A DNA stretch of 59,881 bases, the filler included, from Sphacelaria rigidula (lineage: Eukaryota): NCBI GenBank assembly GCA_964200075.2. It is 6 parts of 6 records of this genome, joined end to end, with 100 filler letters (N's around TTAATTAATTAA, not from the genome) between each part and the next. Parts side by side here need not be neighbours in the genome. Positions count along the whole stretch, not along the records: positions 19,997 to 29,893 come from CAXNAA020007531.1; positions 29,994 to 39,889 come from CAXNAA020007532.1; 4 more parts are not named here. One strand, written 5' to 3'. Positions within the stretch are counted from its first letter, which is position 1. Each line of letters starts with the position of its first letter. Shown here one piece after another: positions 23,985 to 36,238 of the stretch. The notes beneath the pieces are model-generated. The model made no database searches. It worked only from the letters and a program-made list of their open reading frames with translations, and was not told the origin of the DNA. The translations under genes were made by a program, and so were the position numbers.

Positions 23985-26900
23985 ACTGGAAGAACATGAA
24001 CTCGTACAACGGCGGCAGACGAGGGTACCCGCAGGGCAGCAGAAACTTGCCCATGAGAAAGAAGGGATCGGCAAGTCTGTCGTGGTGAGGGCCCGGTGGT
24101 TTACTGCTTTGGGAAATGCAGTGCGTTGCACAGTTCATCTCATGTCTCCACTTGTGTTGTCCAGCTTGGTTGTGCTGGGCTGTTGCTAAGAGGAGAGTGC
24201 GTTGCTGCTCATGAAGCATGCAAAATTCCAAGAGCATGTGTTGTGGAATCCAAGCGAACCATGCCTCTACTTTCTAACATTTTGTCGCTAAACGAAGTGC
24301 TTTTGTTTTGTTTTTGCCCAGAAGTCGTTATCGTCTCGGTATGTTGGTGTCCCGCTGCTGCCCTGTGCAGGAAGTGTGTGGGCGATGGTTGTCCGGCATG
24401 GGGGCATCAGAGCAAGTCTAAATGTGTGCGCTGCGGAGCGTCGAAGCCGCGGTAAGAACAGAATGTATTGAGTCCCGACTGAAACGACGAAAAGTGTTTG
24501 TGAGAAGAGTGCCGTCTGGTCCCTGTCTAGTGGCCCGTTTGAGCTCCCACTGAATTTTCTGCGTATCATGCGCAGCTAGGCCACTAGCCCTGAAGTACAG
24601 AACTTCCAAATTACCGAGGACTTGTGAATCACCCGAATATCTGTTACAACGTATAGGTATTTCGAAGCGTCAGTCGTCAGTATACATGTGATTCCCGCGT
24701 TCTAACCGTCGGCACGCTTCTATTGCCACCACCGCCGTCACCGCGTGGCTTCTGGTAGCAGTTCCGGCCACGATGAGCAGGGTAATGGCAGCGCTGCGAG
24801 TCTAAGCAGCAACCGCGCGGGCAACCACGTTGGTGCCGACCTTGGCGATCAAGGGCCCAATATGAGAGGATGTCAGAAGTCCGTGCACCCTGACGCCGAC
24901 GCTCGCAATAGCATGGCTCTACCGCAAACGATTGCTGGCTTGTCGGTAACGCGTGCGCCACTGATCCTGCCGTCGCCAACATCGGCAGCCGGTAAGATAT
25001 ACTATGAGACACTTCCATGCTCTTCTTGGTTCCGATGTCGACAACTGCTGGTGCTGTAAGATCGATGTGATAATGGTCGTGGATTCCCAACCCGTGCATT
25101 CCTTGCACCATACAAGTATATTGTTCGAATCCAGGCACGTGTAACGGTTGTGGTCCTTGTGTAGCCGGCTGAAGTTTGCTCTCTCGAGCCGGTGAGATGC
25201 GTAGGCGTCTACAGAGTGATGCCGCGACAGCCCCCCTCTCAAACCAGACCCAAAACTGTCACGAAGAACGTGGCCACACAGCACATGATGGCTGGTTCAA
25301 GACTTCATGGAGCCCCTCATATGGGCGATATTGGCGAAAATGATCCCCAAGTATGGGAGTTCCCAGCTGCTTGGTGAGATCGGCTCTTGTCATGTGATTC
25401 ACATGTGCACTTTTCCTCCTTAAACCAGCCTCTTCTGTGGCGAGGGCTATCGTGGTATCACTCTGTATGCTGTCCCTGAGCCGCTGCCTGTGAAGTTGCG
25501 GTCACGTGGCTGACGGCATGCGACGTATTTTTGTTCGCTGTTTGCTGTACATGCCATGTTGAAATTCTACACGTGTTTCGTGCACGCTTCCCATATGTCG
25601 GAGTGTTGGTGTTCCCGGTACTTGGGCACGTGTTTGATGTGTGCTCACGTAGTTGAATTAAGTAAGCACGTCGCACAACATGGCCATTCAGGACGCGTCG
25701 AATAAACCAAAACTGCCGGTTGATTGACAAGTACTGCTTACGCCGCTTCTACTGGGTTAGGTCGAAGTAGTTAGCTCCTAAGCATCGTCGTTGTGCAAAC
25801 ATCAAACATCATCCATATTCTTCTCCACGCTGAAGACGCTTCTCATTCCTGGTATCAGATGTTGCCGAGTGCGCATGCAATCCACTCACCAACGGTATCG
25901 CCCGCACCACCCGCACCACTTCGATTCCATGCCACTGTGTAAGGTGTGCTCGAGTATGCAAATGTCATCGCCGACATTCCCCCCTCCCATCGATGGTTAC
26001 CGCAACTGAATGCTTGCCAGAGTCGACAGCAGAAGGCTCTGAAACAAGGAACCAACGCTACAAACAAGATGCCGGGGCAGTGCAAGCGGCCGCGGCAGCG
26101 GCGGCAGCGGCAGCTTGTGAGGCACCAACGCAGGCAGGCATCCGCACGCTGAGAGGAAGCGTAGTTGGGCCGGCGGCATCCACTGAGAAGGAGGGAGCAG
26201 CCGACGGTGATGCCCCGGACGTTTCACAACCATCAGTCCAAAGCATGATACATCCTACTCGTGGTATGCCTTTCGCCATGGCGGGACAGCCCAGCGGTGC
26301 GGCCGCCGCTGCCGGGCCATCTGGCGTGCCTGTGTCGGCGGAGAATCATGTGAACGTGGCTGGCGGTGATACCGAGGACCAGGCAGAGGTGCTGCCGGAG
26401 CGGGAATGCGTGATTCCGGCTGTGACTAGTCAATCCCGAGGTACCGGTGGTGGGCCGGCTTTGGCGAACGCGGAGGTGGTGCTTGTCGGTGATGTTACAG
26501 GCAGCGACGAGCCAAGAGCAGATGAGTCGGGAGAGGACGGAGACCGAGCGGCGGTGAGGGCGCAGCGAGAACAGCGGTCTGTCCGTGGGTGCAGCGAATA
26601 TGGGGAAGTAGTCGATTGCGTCGGAACCGAGCGCCCGGTAGTTCGTCGTGGCCAACGGTGGCGCACGCGGATTTTTGGCGCCCTCATGGTGGTAGCGCTG
26701 GCGGTTGGAGGCAGAGTTTTGTCTGGTGGAGGAAGGTACGCATATGACAGGAGTAGCCATCAGTGTGAGGGAGAAGAGTGGACACAAGGGCGGGGTACAA
26801 AATACTTCGCACCACCGTGGCGGCTGTACCTCATGCCATAGGGCACATGATCAAGGTTACTGTAGAAAAGACGTTGATCTTGTAGCCTCTTGGTTGCGTG

Positions 26901-28772
26901 AGGTCCCGAGTCTATTGTTATCGGCGCAGCCGCAAACTGTCTTGGACGGCTATACGCTTATCCACAGAACGTTTTCCCGCTGTAGCGTTTGGTCAGCAGT
27001 TATGATTCCCACCTGTTTTACAGCTCTCCGACCAAAGTTTTGTCACACACGAGTGACCACCGGCATTGCCCCGGCAAACGGTACTCGGCATCGTGTGTGA
27101 TACTTGAATCGCCCAGCTCGTCGACGTACAGGGGGAAACTCCTGTGGCAGGGAGACGTAGTTGGTGTTGACCAGGACCTGGTGAACAGGGGAATATTCCC
27201 GTGGTTCGGTAGCATGACCGTGACGGAGAGCGGTGGGGTACGCGTTGTTCGCAAGATAGCTGGCCTCTTCACCTACGAAGAGGTGAGTGCGATGATGTTG
27301 TAATATTTTGAGTCTGTATCGATTCCCGAGACGAAGACCGAAACACCAAGGAGCACTTCCGCGGTCGTCTGGGCGCAAGTCTTGCAGAGCCAGCTCTCAA
27401 CTCGTTTGAGAAAGAATGTAACTCGTCAGGAAGATAAGTGGAGACACCGAATCTGAGTTGCCTGCTTCTCTTATTTCAACCCACTAGGTACAAGACAAAT
27501 GTGTTCCCGGCGATACCTCATGCGGGATGTGAAAGTTGAGACCTGAAATTTCGGAAAGAGTTGCGCATCGATCACTCGAAGGTCATCATTCCTGTTTGTT
27601 TGTTTTCCTCAGTTTTGGCCATTCGACTGAATATCCGTAGAAGATTCGTCTTCGACTCCGGAATAACTGCAAATATATATATAGATAGATATATAGTATA
27701 GCCGGTCACCCCAGTGGCTCAGTTGGTAACCTCAAAACCCTTTGAGGTTTGGACGTGGGTTCCAACCTCGGTGATGTTACGTGATCCGGGATTTCCCTCA
27801 CATCATGCCCAACAGTGCATGGATAGCGACTATGTCACGGGTACAAAGGTCGACTTCACGATCGACGAGAAAATGGACCGCTGGATTCTTCTCGCGATAA
27901 AAAGGGAAAGCAACGCAGAAGGAAGGTGGAGTACTAAAAATGAAGCTCCAATGGTGACCTTTCTCCTGTGTGACCCCAGCTGATGCATCCACATATACCG
28001 AAAGGTGTAGACTGGCGTCCAGAATAGATGGGATGACAACAGACACATGACACATAGCACAGTGCACCTCTCCTTGAAACTTCAGGTTGTGACAAGCCTC
28101 GAGTGAGGGATCTAATCTACATATATATATATATATATATATGCCCAAGGGCTTGGGCATTAAACACGTTACTGTAGATGTTCCGTAAAAAACAAATTTG
28201 AGCATGACTCTTGAACGATGACGAGTTGGGAATCGAAATAGGTAGCATGTGTCGTTGTTCTCGTCCTGGTGTAGGCTATTCGCACACCAAATTTCACGAT
28301 AATCGAGCAAGCACTCACTTGGTTGTGTTGATTTTCCTAGCGGCCGCTACCAGGCCGTATTAGATGTGACGGCGAATTGCGGAAAAATGAAAGAGCCCGA
28401 ACGGTCCACCAAAGCCCTCACGCCGCACTCCGTGGTGGTTGTACGGTAGCAGGAAACCTACTATTTGTGCTATGTTCTGCCGCTGCTCGGGCTGTTTTCC
28501 CCTGTGATATTTATTTGTGTCAAGTAATGGGATCAGCCTGTACATGTACCTGCTGCAGTACGGCATATGGCGGAATAAGATACGCGAGAATTCAGAATTA
28601 ATCTCACCAGTATATACATCTTGAGAGGAAGATGAGTTGTTCATGCCACAGTCGAGTAATCGCGTGATGCGATACGAATGGCGTGAGTACAAGGCCAAGC
28701 TGGGGCTGTCCTTGTGCATGTGCATGTCGTGGAGGGGCTACCTCGATTTCATCCCGCGGGAGGAAGGCGGCT
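23985..28772 (+). CDS. Spliced gene (possibly pseudogenising) encoding a RanBP2-type zinc-finger-like protein; exons 23985-24084, 24371-24451, 24762-24991, 26021-26735, 27024-27282, 28559-28772
   Basis: All five introns are GT-AG with matching phases (2,2,1,2,0). Splicing creates WKCVGDGCPAWGHQSKSKCVRCGASKP. The sixth exon has an in-frame TGA at 28622-28624. Confidence 0.65.
25212..25465. mobile_element. Tc1/mariner-type MITE (254 bp), intronic
   Basis: TA|CAGAGTGATGCCGCGACAGCCC...GGGCTATCGTGGTATCACTCTG|TA. The body is shared with the copies at 38701, 49681 and 50521. Confidence 0.8.
27701..28055 (+). mobile_element. Full-length SINE family 1, intronic
   Basis: GCCGGTCACCCCAGTGGCTCAGTTGG head, GGTTCCAACC B-box-like motif, AGAATAGATGGGATGACAAC tail. 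Confidence 0.9.
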
Positions 28773-29220
28773 GTAAGTATGTAGAGTAGTTCTAACATTA
28801 TTCATCGCGTCGTGGGGGTATCGCCATTTGTATATCTCAGGCTCCGACGGTAAGTGACTCCCGAGCGTATTTGGGGAAGGAATGAAACGGTTGCATCCCC
28901 GGAGATATATAACGCTGTTAGTGGGAACGGGGGGCATTCCTGTCCAGGGTAGGGTGTTGGCCCTCTAGTGGTACCTGTGACGTCTTCGGATTTGTTGTCG
29001 TTCAGCTGTACATGGCTACAGTTATCAGTAGTACGAAAAATGGAGAGGATATTCGTTGGTTTCTTCACCCTGACTCCCGAAGGCCGAAAAGGGATAGGAG
29101 GGGTCATAGATCACTAGCTTAGATTGAGTATGTTCTATCGACGCCTCCCGCCTGTACGGGTGTAAAGCAAATCGCATGTTACAGGTCCTGGGGATAAATA
29201 GCACCCCCCCGTCGTGTTCA

Positions 29221-29853
29221 GGGAGGGGGGGAGGGGGGGCGTGCTCATAGTCTTGCATGCTGTAGTCACAAGACCATTGACCTCGCATCCCTACAGAGCC
29301 GGGACGGAGCACGCCGGGTTTTCGCCGGACCAGGCTCACAATCAATCACCAAGCGCGAAGTGCCGTGATGTATTCGGCGAGTCGCATTAAGGGGAGCTGC
29401 ATCCTGCCAATACCGTTCGGTCCGAAGCGTACAAAGCATCTTGCATATGGATGGCAGCCTCCAATGAGTTGCTGCTCAGGGAGGGTTTGGAACGATCTCG
29501 TTCCCAGGGTGTATTTAGTGTTGGTAGTGGAAACGGAGATCGTTGTCAACAGTAGAGAATAACGTTTCAGGCGGTACCTGTGACACGTTCAGATTCGTTG
29601 TTATCAAGCCGCAAATGACAAATAGGTCGGATCAGGGTGAATTCCACCAAGTGTCCGTCGAGGACACGTCTCCTTTTCATGTTGACGATATCTAAAGGTA
29701 ACCCCGTATGGCTTCTGGAAAGGTGCTAGGTTGTACTCTGGCCCGGCGAAAACCCGGCGTGCTCCGTCCCGGCTTGTAGGCATGCGAGGTCAATGGTCCT
29801 ATGACTATGGCATGCAAGATCATGAGTACACGCGCCACCCCCCCCCCCCCCCC
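29221..29853. repeat. ~120-bp inverted repeat pair (29221-29342 and 29731-29853)
   Basis: GACCATTGACCTCGCAT..GCCGGGACGGAGCACGCCGGGTTTTCGCCGG and its reverse complement, with G/C homopolymer outer ends. Confidence 0.85.
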
Positions 29854-29893
29854 CACACCAAGCACACACGAAAAACACGAGACCCACACCGAG

Positions 29894-29993
29894 NNNNNNN
29901 NNNNNNNNNNNNNNNNNNNNNNNNNNNNNNNNNNNNNTTAATTAATTAANNNNNNNNNNNNNNNNNNNNNNNNNNNNNNNNNNNNNNNNNNNN
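29894..29993. other. Artificial contig linker
   Basis: N44-TTAATTAATTAA-N44. Confidence 0.99.
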
Positions 29994-30245
29994 CTCCACG
30001 GCCGTGTGAAGTACACCTACTTTGCGGCTGGTTCCACCTGAAGTCTTATACTATGACTCTTGTATGCGGGTTTTCAGGTACTCGAGATTTTGTTTTTCTT
30101 TCGGCGCAACACTGATACACTTATCGATGAGTACTTGACCCTCGAGCCATATCCAGACCACCAAACGATCCGAGAAACCGGGCGCGAGAAACTCTGCCGA
30201 GAAATGTCAAGCAATATGCCCTAGAGGCTGGTCTGCATGACCGAT

Positions 30246-31140
30246 GGTGAGTAAAATACGGGGATGTAACCCTCGATAGAGCACCGCGTCGAACCTCAAC
30301 AGTAATGTTTCCACGAATAATGTTGGCACGAATGCCGTGAACAAGGTGCTGAGCGCATCATAGGGTTGCCATCTCCGCGGATGCCGATACGTTGTGAAAC
30401 TGGGCGCGGAAACTTCGCCGAGAGGAGGAAGGAAAGCGCCTTGCTCTATAAACTGGCCTTTGGGGCGGTGGTGAGTAAAATACGCCTTGGTGGATCTCAA
30501 CACTCGTTAGAGCGCCACATCGAATGTCAACAGTAATGTTCCCACGAAAATCGTTGTCGCGGATGCCGTGGACAAGGTGTCGTACGCATCACATGGATAC
30601 CCGGTTGTCTCCCCGCCACCGTGCCATACGTCGAGCAAGATCCGGGGTACCAAGAATCAAGAGACGAGCCGTATTCTTTGTGCCCGTTTTTTGGTTGAGA
30701 GCTTCTGTTTTTCCCGCTCAGGGGGGTCGACACCGTCCCCCAATACGGGATGGTAGTAGTTACCGCCGCAGGTATACTCTGCGGCATGACGGAGGCTTGA
30801 ATCTACAAGTCGTGAGCAACGGTGCAGGCTATATTTCAACCCATGTAATTACAAGAGGTGTAACGAATGTTTCTCACATAGCGGAGTGAGTGTTTCGCAC
30901 CTGTGCTGACGTAACCACAGAGCACGCGGTGGACTGAGTCGAGACAATTCGAGCGTGAAACCGCGTGTGTCGCCATCATTACGAGTACAGTAGCACATGT
31001 GCTCAATTGACGATCAAACAAAACGTGTGTTTCATCCCAAATACAAGTATAGGATCGCGGGCGAGTTAGTTGTCACACCCGTGCTCACGTAACCACAGAT
31101 CACGGGATTGACTGGCAGGGACAATTCGAACGCGAGGCTG
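30246..31140 (+). repeat. Two old tandem duplications (~30246/30471 and ~30876/31052)
   Basis: GGTGAGTAAAATACG..TCAACAGTAATGTT.CCACGAA..GCCGTG.ACAAGGTG occurs twice. GTGCT.ACGTAACCACAGA.CACG..GACAATTCGA occurs twice. Confidence 0.7.
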
Positions 31141-32149
31141 GGTGCTACACTCAAACGCCGAAAAAGTACGCAAACCCCCAACCACACGTGCGTGACGTCA
31201 GAGCGATTGCCAACGGTAAAGACGGTGTGTGGGGACGTCGATCGGTGTTGGATTGCTGCGCGTGGGCTGGTTTCGGTCCTTATTCCCGGGGTACTTTTCC
31301 TGCAACAGAAGAACCAACCAAGTGCAGTTAGTGTCAAATATCTCACTTCTGTTCAACGAGCTGGACCCTCTCATCAATTACCCTCAACATGCCATACGTG
31401 CAGGTCAAAAGTTGCTAGCCACGGTAAATGATCTGCTGCATTAGCTTCACCTGGCAGATGAAAGCTCTCCTAGCGTAGCTGATAAGATACGCGCTACCAA
31501 CAATCCATGCATGGGTGAGGAAGGTGTGTCGCTAGAGTAGTCGAAGACCTACGGGGGTGACGGCCGTCCTGATGCCGAAGGAACTCCGAGGCTGGCGATG
31601 GTTTCCTCTTGTACATGTAGTTACGAAGTTGGGTCAGACGAGAAGTGGTCGCCGGGTGCGACCAGTACCTCGGGGCATGTTGGACCGTCCTAATATTAGG
31701 CTCTCCCTGGCATTACCCCGAGTCGTCTAGTTACGTCGGCATTACAGGGTCCTCGATAGTCTGATCCTTCTGGGCCGTTCCTACCTTGTCCCCCTGCTTG
31801 CACTGGTTCTTCATACATGTGTGGCATCAGTCTCTGATATGTCACTGCAAAGAAGTGTCTTCCACATCCCCCCCCCTTCCATGCGCCTCAAGCCCATCGG
31901 GACCATGGCTAGTGGGACGACGCGATCATCAGCTTCGCTCATTATATAATTATGGAGGTTTCTTTGAGTGACAATCATTGATTGAGTCACACCACCACTA
32001 ATCGCAAAGACAGCCCTTCTCTATACTGTGGTATTGAGTAAACACCCCCAGTAAATTTTAGCTACCTGTGGTCAGTAACAGTGCATGTATTCCAAACCCT
32101 CTAATTTTGGTTTTCTCTGTCCTGTAGCTGTCATATGTGACATGTTTCT

Positions 32150-33085
32150 ATCAGATGTATTTACACTTGGGTGCTGGTTGCATCTGCTGGTATGCATGAC
32201 TGGGCACTGGGACACTGATCGGTCCACGAGCGCCTGGATTACCCCTGCCTGGGTTCTGGGATGCCTTCGGTTCCGCGGTTACCGGAGTAGGGCTACGTTC
32301 TCGGGTTAGTAACAAGGCGGTGTTGAATATATATATATATATATATATAGCCTGTGAGCATTGGGCTCTTTTGGCTAAACATCGTCCAAATGATCCTTGC
32401 TTCTAGTTATTTTATGCCCAATAACTGCATCATGTGTGCACATTTTTTATGGGATGTTTTTACTCTTTGATACTGGCTGCATCAGTTAGGTATACATGAC
32501 TAAGCACTGGGACACCGAGCGGTCCACGGGCGCTCGAGATATTCCTGCCCGGGTTCTGGGAACCTTTGGTTCTACTGACACCGGAGTAGGACAAAGTCCT
32601 AGCGTTAGTACCAAAGCGGTGGGTCTGATGTTTATCGTGCGAGCATTGTGCCCTTCAGTGAAACATCGACATGTTCTTTGCCTCATATCATTTCGTGGCA
32701 TGTAAGTGTGTCGCATGCGCGGGTGGCCGCTGGGGTGCCTGCAACCTCAAATTTTGACGTTATACACGTTGCACAAGGTCTATAACGTCCAAATTTGAGG
32801 TTACAGGCACTCCAGTGGCCACCCGTGTGTGATCTATTTCCACGAGATGCCTTTGCACTTTGGTGCTGGATGCATCTGCTGTTTCTACATGCCTGGGCAC
32901 TGGGACATTGATCAGTCCGCGGGTGCCTGGATTATTCATGTCCAGGTTCTGGGATGCCTTCGGTTCCGCTGACACCGGAATAGGACAACGTCCTCGTGTT
33001 AGTAACAAAGCGGTGGGTGTGATATTTATCGTACGAGCCTTATGCTCTTCGGTTAAACATCATCGAAATGATTTTTTGCTTCTTG
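32150..33085 (-). repeat. Three diverged ~250-300-bp tandem units downstream of the Gypsy integrase
   Basis: GCACTGGGACA..CGGTCCACG..GGTTCTGGGA..ACCGGA.TAGG..GTTAGTA.CAA.GCGGTG at ~32205, ~32505 and ~32897. Confidence 0.85.
32718..32827. mobile_element. ~110-bp hairpin MITE nested in the Gypsy element
   Basis: CGGGTGGCCGCTGGGGTGCCTGCAACCTCAAATTT..TATA and its reverse complement with a short loop. Confidence 0.75.
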
Positions 33086-33699
33086 TCAGCACCGCCCCGA
33101 TTGCTGAGAGGCCATCTTCCTTGGGATGTTGCACACCCGTCACCGCTGACATGTCAGATATTTTTCCGTTCATGTCTGCATTGTTTTCATGTCGTTTAAG
33201 TTTGTTTCTTGTTATGTGACCCTCATTGATGTCCGAATTGTAACCCCGGGCTACTACTCAACCCTTGAGCGTTTTGCAAGGACGCTCGAACAGTCTGTTG
33301 AACAGTCACATCCGTGTCCGTTACTCGGTATTTTCGGATTTCGACTCCGGATGTGAGCGTTTTGCCCGTTGTCATGACGGTATATATCGATGACATTTCC
33401 ACCTTGTGTTTCGTCAGCTCGATAGGTGAGGTCAGCTGCTGGGCCGTAGCTTTTGAGTATCAACCTATACTTATGGTTATAAAGACTTCCCCGACCTGGT
33501 TCTGGAGCGTAGGCTACCACGTTTTCGACAGCGTAACGTTTTATTACAGGAAACGTTTCGTCTGGTTGGTCTCTCTGGTAGAGGTATCTGTTTGCCTAGG
33601 AAGAACTCGCTCGATTTATCGACATCTGATGCGGGTGGCGTTTCCTGCGGACTATATTTCTTCGAGTGAGCGGGATGTACTGACATTTCTTCAGAGTCC

Positions 33700-34560
33700 T
33701 CACGTATTTTGATTATGTACACAACCGGCGATCGTCTCTCAGTTATCATAAACGGTCCTCTCCATGGTAATTGGAGTTTCGGGTTCAGCTCTTATGAGTC
33801 CTGGTATGATCGGTACATGTGTACCTTTTGACTGGGTTTGAACAGTGGGAACGGTTTTTGTTCGTTTCTATTTTCTTGCTCGTTTGCTCTTTTTCGTAGA
33901 GCTTGTGTTGCGATTTCAAATCCAACCTGTAGGTTTCCTGTGTTTCTTTGGAAAATTCTTCGGGTGTTGCGACTCGGCTCTACTCAGGTGTGCCGGGGAT
34001 CATGGCGATTGGTAAACTGGGCTGTCTTCCGAACAATAAAAGATAGGGTATCTCCTGACTGTACTGTGATGTGATACGATATGTTGTACACCATTTGGGT
34101 GAACGGCAGTATGGGTGCCCAATTTTTGTTTCCAATTGACATATGCATAGCTAACATTGCGTGCATAGTGGAGTAGATTCGTTCCGACACTGAATTACTT
34201 TGCGGGTGTAATGGTGCCGTGCGAGGTTTACTGAAATCCAGCTCTTATTGCCGTGTGTATGTTAGCTTGTTTCCGATTTCGGCTCTTTGATTCGAACGCA
34301 GCTTCCCCGGGATGCCAAATGCAGTGAAGACTCTGTCAATAAGAGCTTTGACTATTGATGTGGTCTGATTTTTCGTCACCGGAATGTGCAAAGCATACCT
34401 TGTAAGGTGGTCCAATACGGACAGTACATATTTGCCTAGTACTTCAGCGTCTGACATCGAAGTTATTTTGCATTCGACTAGGTCTGCCGGCACTCTTTCG
34501 CATAGCCGTCCTACCGTAACGTGTCTCATCGGCAAATTTTGGCCGGTTGTGGACCGTTTT
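33700..34560 (-). pseudogene. Gypsy-type integrase (rve core plus GPY/F motif), disrupted
   Basis: YVLSVLDHLTRYALHIPV..LIDRVFTAFGIPGKLRSNQ, HPQSNSVSERIYSTM..NWAPILPFTQMVYN and LPWRGPF, broken by stops and frameshifts. Confidence 0.9.
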
Positions 34561-36045
34561 TCCGGTGTTGACAACCCTGACATAGTGTGCGTACTCCCGT
34601 CTTTGCTTATTTTTGCAATTCTTTCGCGGTTGACTGACAGCTCCCGGTGACTTTGCACCGGCTTCAAACGGTCGAGCTTCTCAGCTGATATTTGACATTG
34701 GTACTGTGGTTCAGCCATTTTCAGCGCAGGGTCTTTTGGCACGTTACCACATATTTGTGTAAGCGACGGTTTGATTTCACCTTTTCGTTGCTCTGGAGTA
34801 GCGCAAACAGTCCTGAGAGGATGTCCGGAATAACATGAAGCTTCTCCGGTTTTTGTCTCTTATTAATATCTTGAAGTTTTTTCCGGGGTTTACATGTGGG
34901 CTCGACAGGTTGGCGATTTGTACCATTTCCGTTTTATTCGTCGCCGACTTCGCGCATGCTGTCCTTGAAACAATGATGCGCGTGAATGCTTAAGGTACAT
35001 CAGGCGCTCGCGTGTCTTCCTCGATTATTATGTGTGGCTACACGACAGCTGTTGTTGTTGTTGACGAGGTATTTTCTGTTTCAAGTAATGCTGCCATTTC
35101 ACGCGGGAACCCTCGGGTTTTCATGGGGGAACCGTCCACGCTTCTGAGATCGATGGATCCTGGCGGTGCTGGTTTTATATGATCAGCTGCCATGATGACC
35201 AGGTGTCCATCTATGAACCTTTATTTTATGATACACGGCACATCTACTGCGGAATCGATTTTGATTTTTTCAGCGGGGATGCCGTTTACTCTGGCTGCGA
35301 CTCTCACACGGGCTGATGCACAGGGTAGCGCTAGGGGCGCATTCGTATACCTGACAAGCGGTGATGCGTTGTATGAGTCAAAACAGTGATCGTCCAAGAT
35401 CGGGTTGAAAAAAGGAAGACTGGTGTTTCAATTTGGAATCAACAGCCCCTGCTTACAACAATGTTGTTTTTTCCTGGCTGCCGGTTGAACTTGCGTCAGC
35501 GCGGAATGTAACGTTACCGATTCATTGGGATATGGCGAAGAATGTAGCATGATTGAGAGCCTCAACACGTTGAGGTTCATGTTCGACAATGATGGCCCTT
35601 TGTGTGGTGTATTGCTTTTTCCACGGCTGCTTTGAAGGCTGCTTAGGAACCAACTCTCATCGTGCTCTTTCACATCACAACTGAGGGCTGTTTTGGTGCC
35701 CGTCTGGAGGAGTTTTTGTACTGACTAGGAACCCCGTTTCTCTCAAATATTCTTTCACCAGACGGTTGACACTTCTTCCATTCCATGCGTACTTAGGTGT
35801 GAAATAGTGAACTGTCTGTAGTTTTTAAGGTCTCTCAGCTTGTGGGCTGAGATGCAGTAAGACCATCCAGCGCACCTCCTTCTTTCGCTTGTTACATGAT
35901 AGGGAATGACAAGGTCGTGCATTCGCAGGTTGGGTGAATTTTTTGTTCGTGCTAGTTTGTGTCACCGCGTTTCCAGCGGTCGGCCTGCTTGATTGATTGC
36001 CGTGCCTTTCGCACAATGATGGTGAAAGGTTGGTTGATAGGTGTG

Positions 36046-36238
36046 ATTTCGCTGTTTAATTAGCCATTCTGGTGACATATATAATGCACGCTGATGAGAC
36101 TAATTTCGCGTTTTCGCTATTTGACTAGCCATACAAGTGACATATACTGCACCCTGAAGAGTCTAACTTCGCGTCCCGCTCTTTAATTAGTCATGCGGGT
36201 GACATGTGAATGCACATTGAGGGGGCTAATTTCGCGTT
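36046..36238. repeat. Three ~63-bp tandem repeats in the Gypsy 5' leader
   Basis: TAG.CAT..GTGACAT...TGCAC..TGA....CTAA.TTCGCGT occurs three times. Confidence 0.8.

Noticed and set aside
27701..27790. tRNA genes at the GCCCCGGTGGCTCAGTTGG sites
   Set aside because: Each continues into a shared body and tail, often with TSDs, and lacks a complete cloverleaf. These are SINE heads.
13859..28624. Alternative genetic code suggested by single in-frame stops in two genes
   Set aside because: The stops are different codons (TAG and TGA), each occurs once, and long exons elsewhere contain none. Nonsense mutation or error is simpler.
30073..30210. Chromodomain-like peptide FQVLEIL..EYLTLEPY
   Set aside because: Lacks the conserved Trp residues and any integrase context. 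Not supportable by eye.
36046..36238. CRISPR-like array
   Set aside because: Whole ~63-bp units are similar with no unique spacers, they lie inside a Gypsy leader, there are no cas genes, and the context is eukaryotic.
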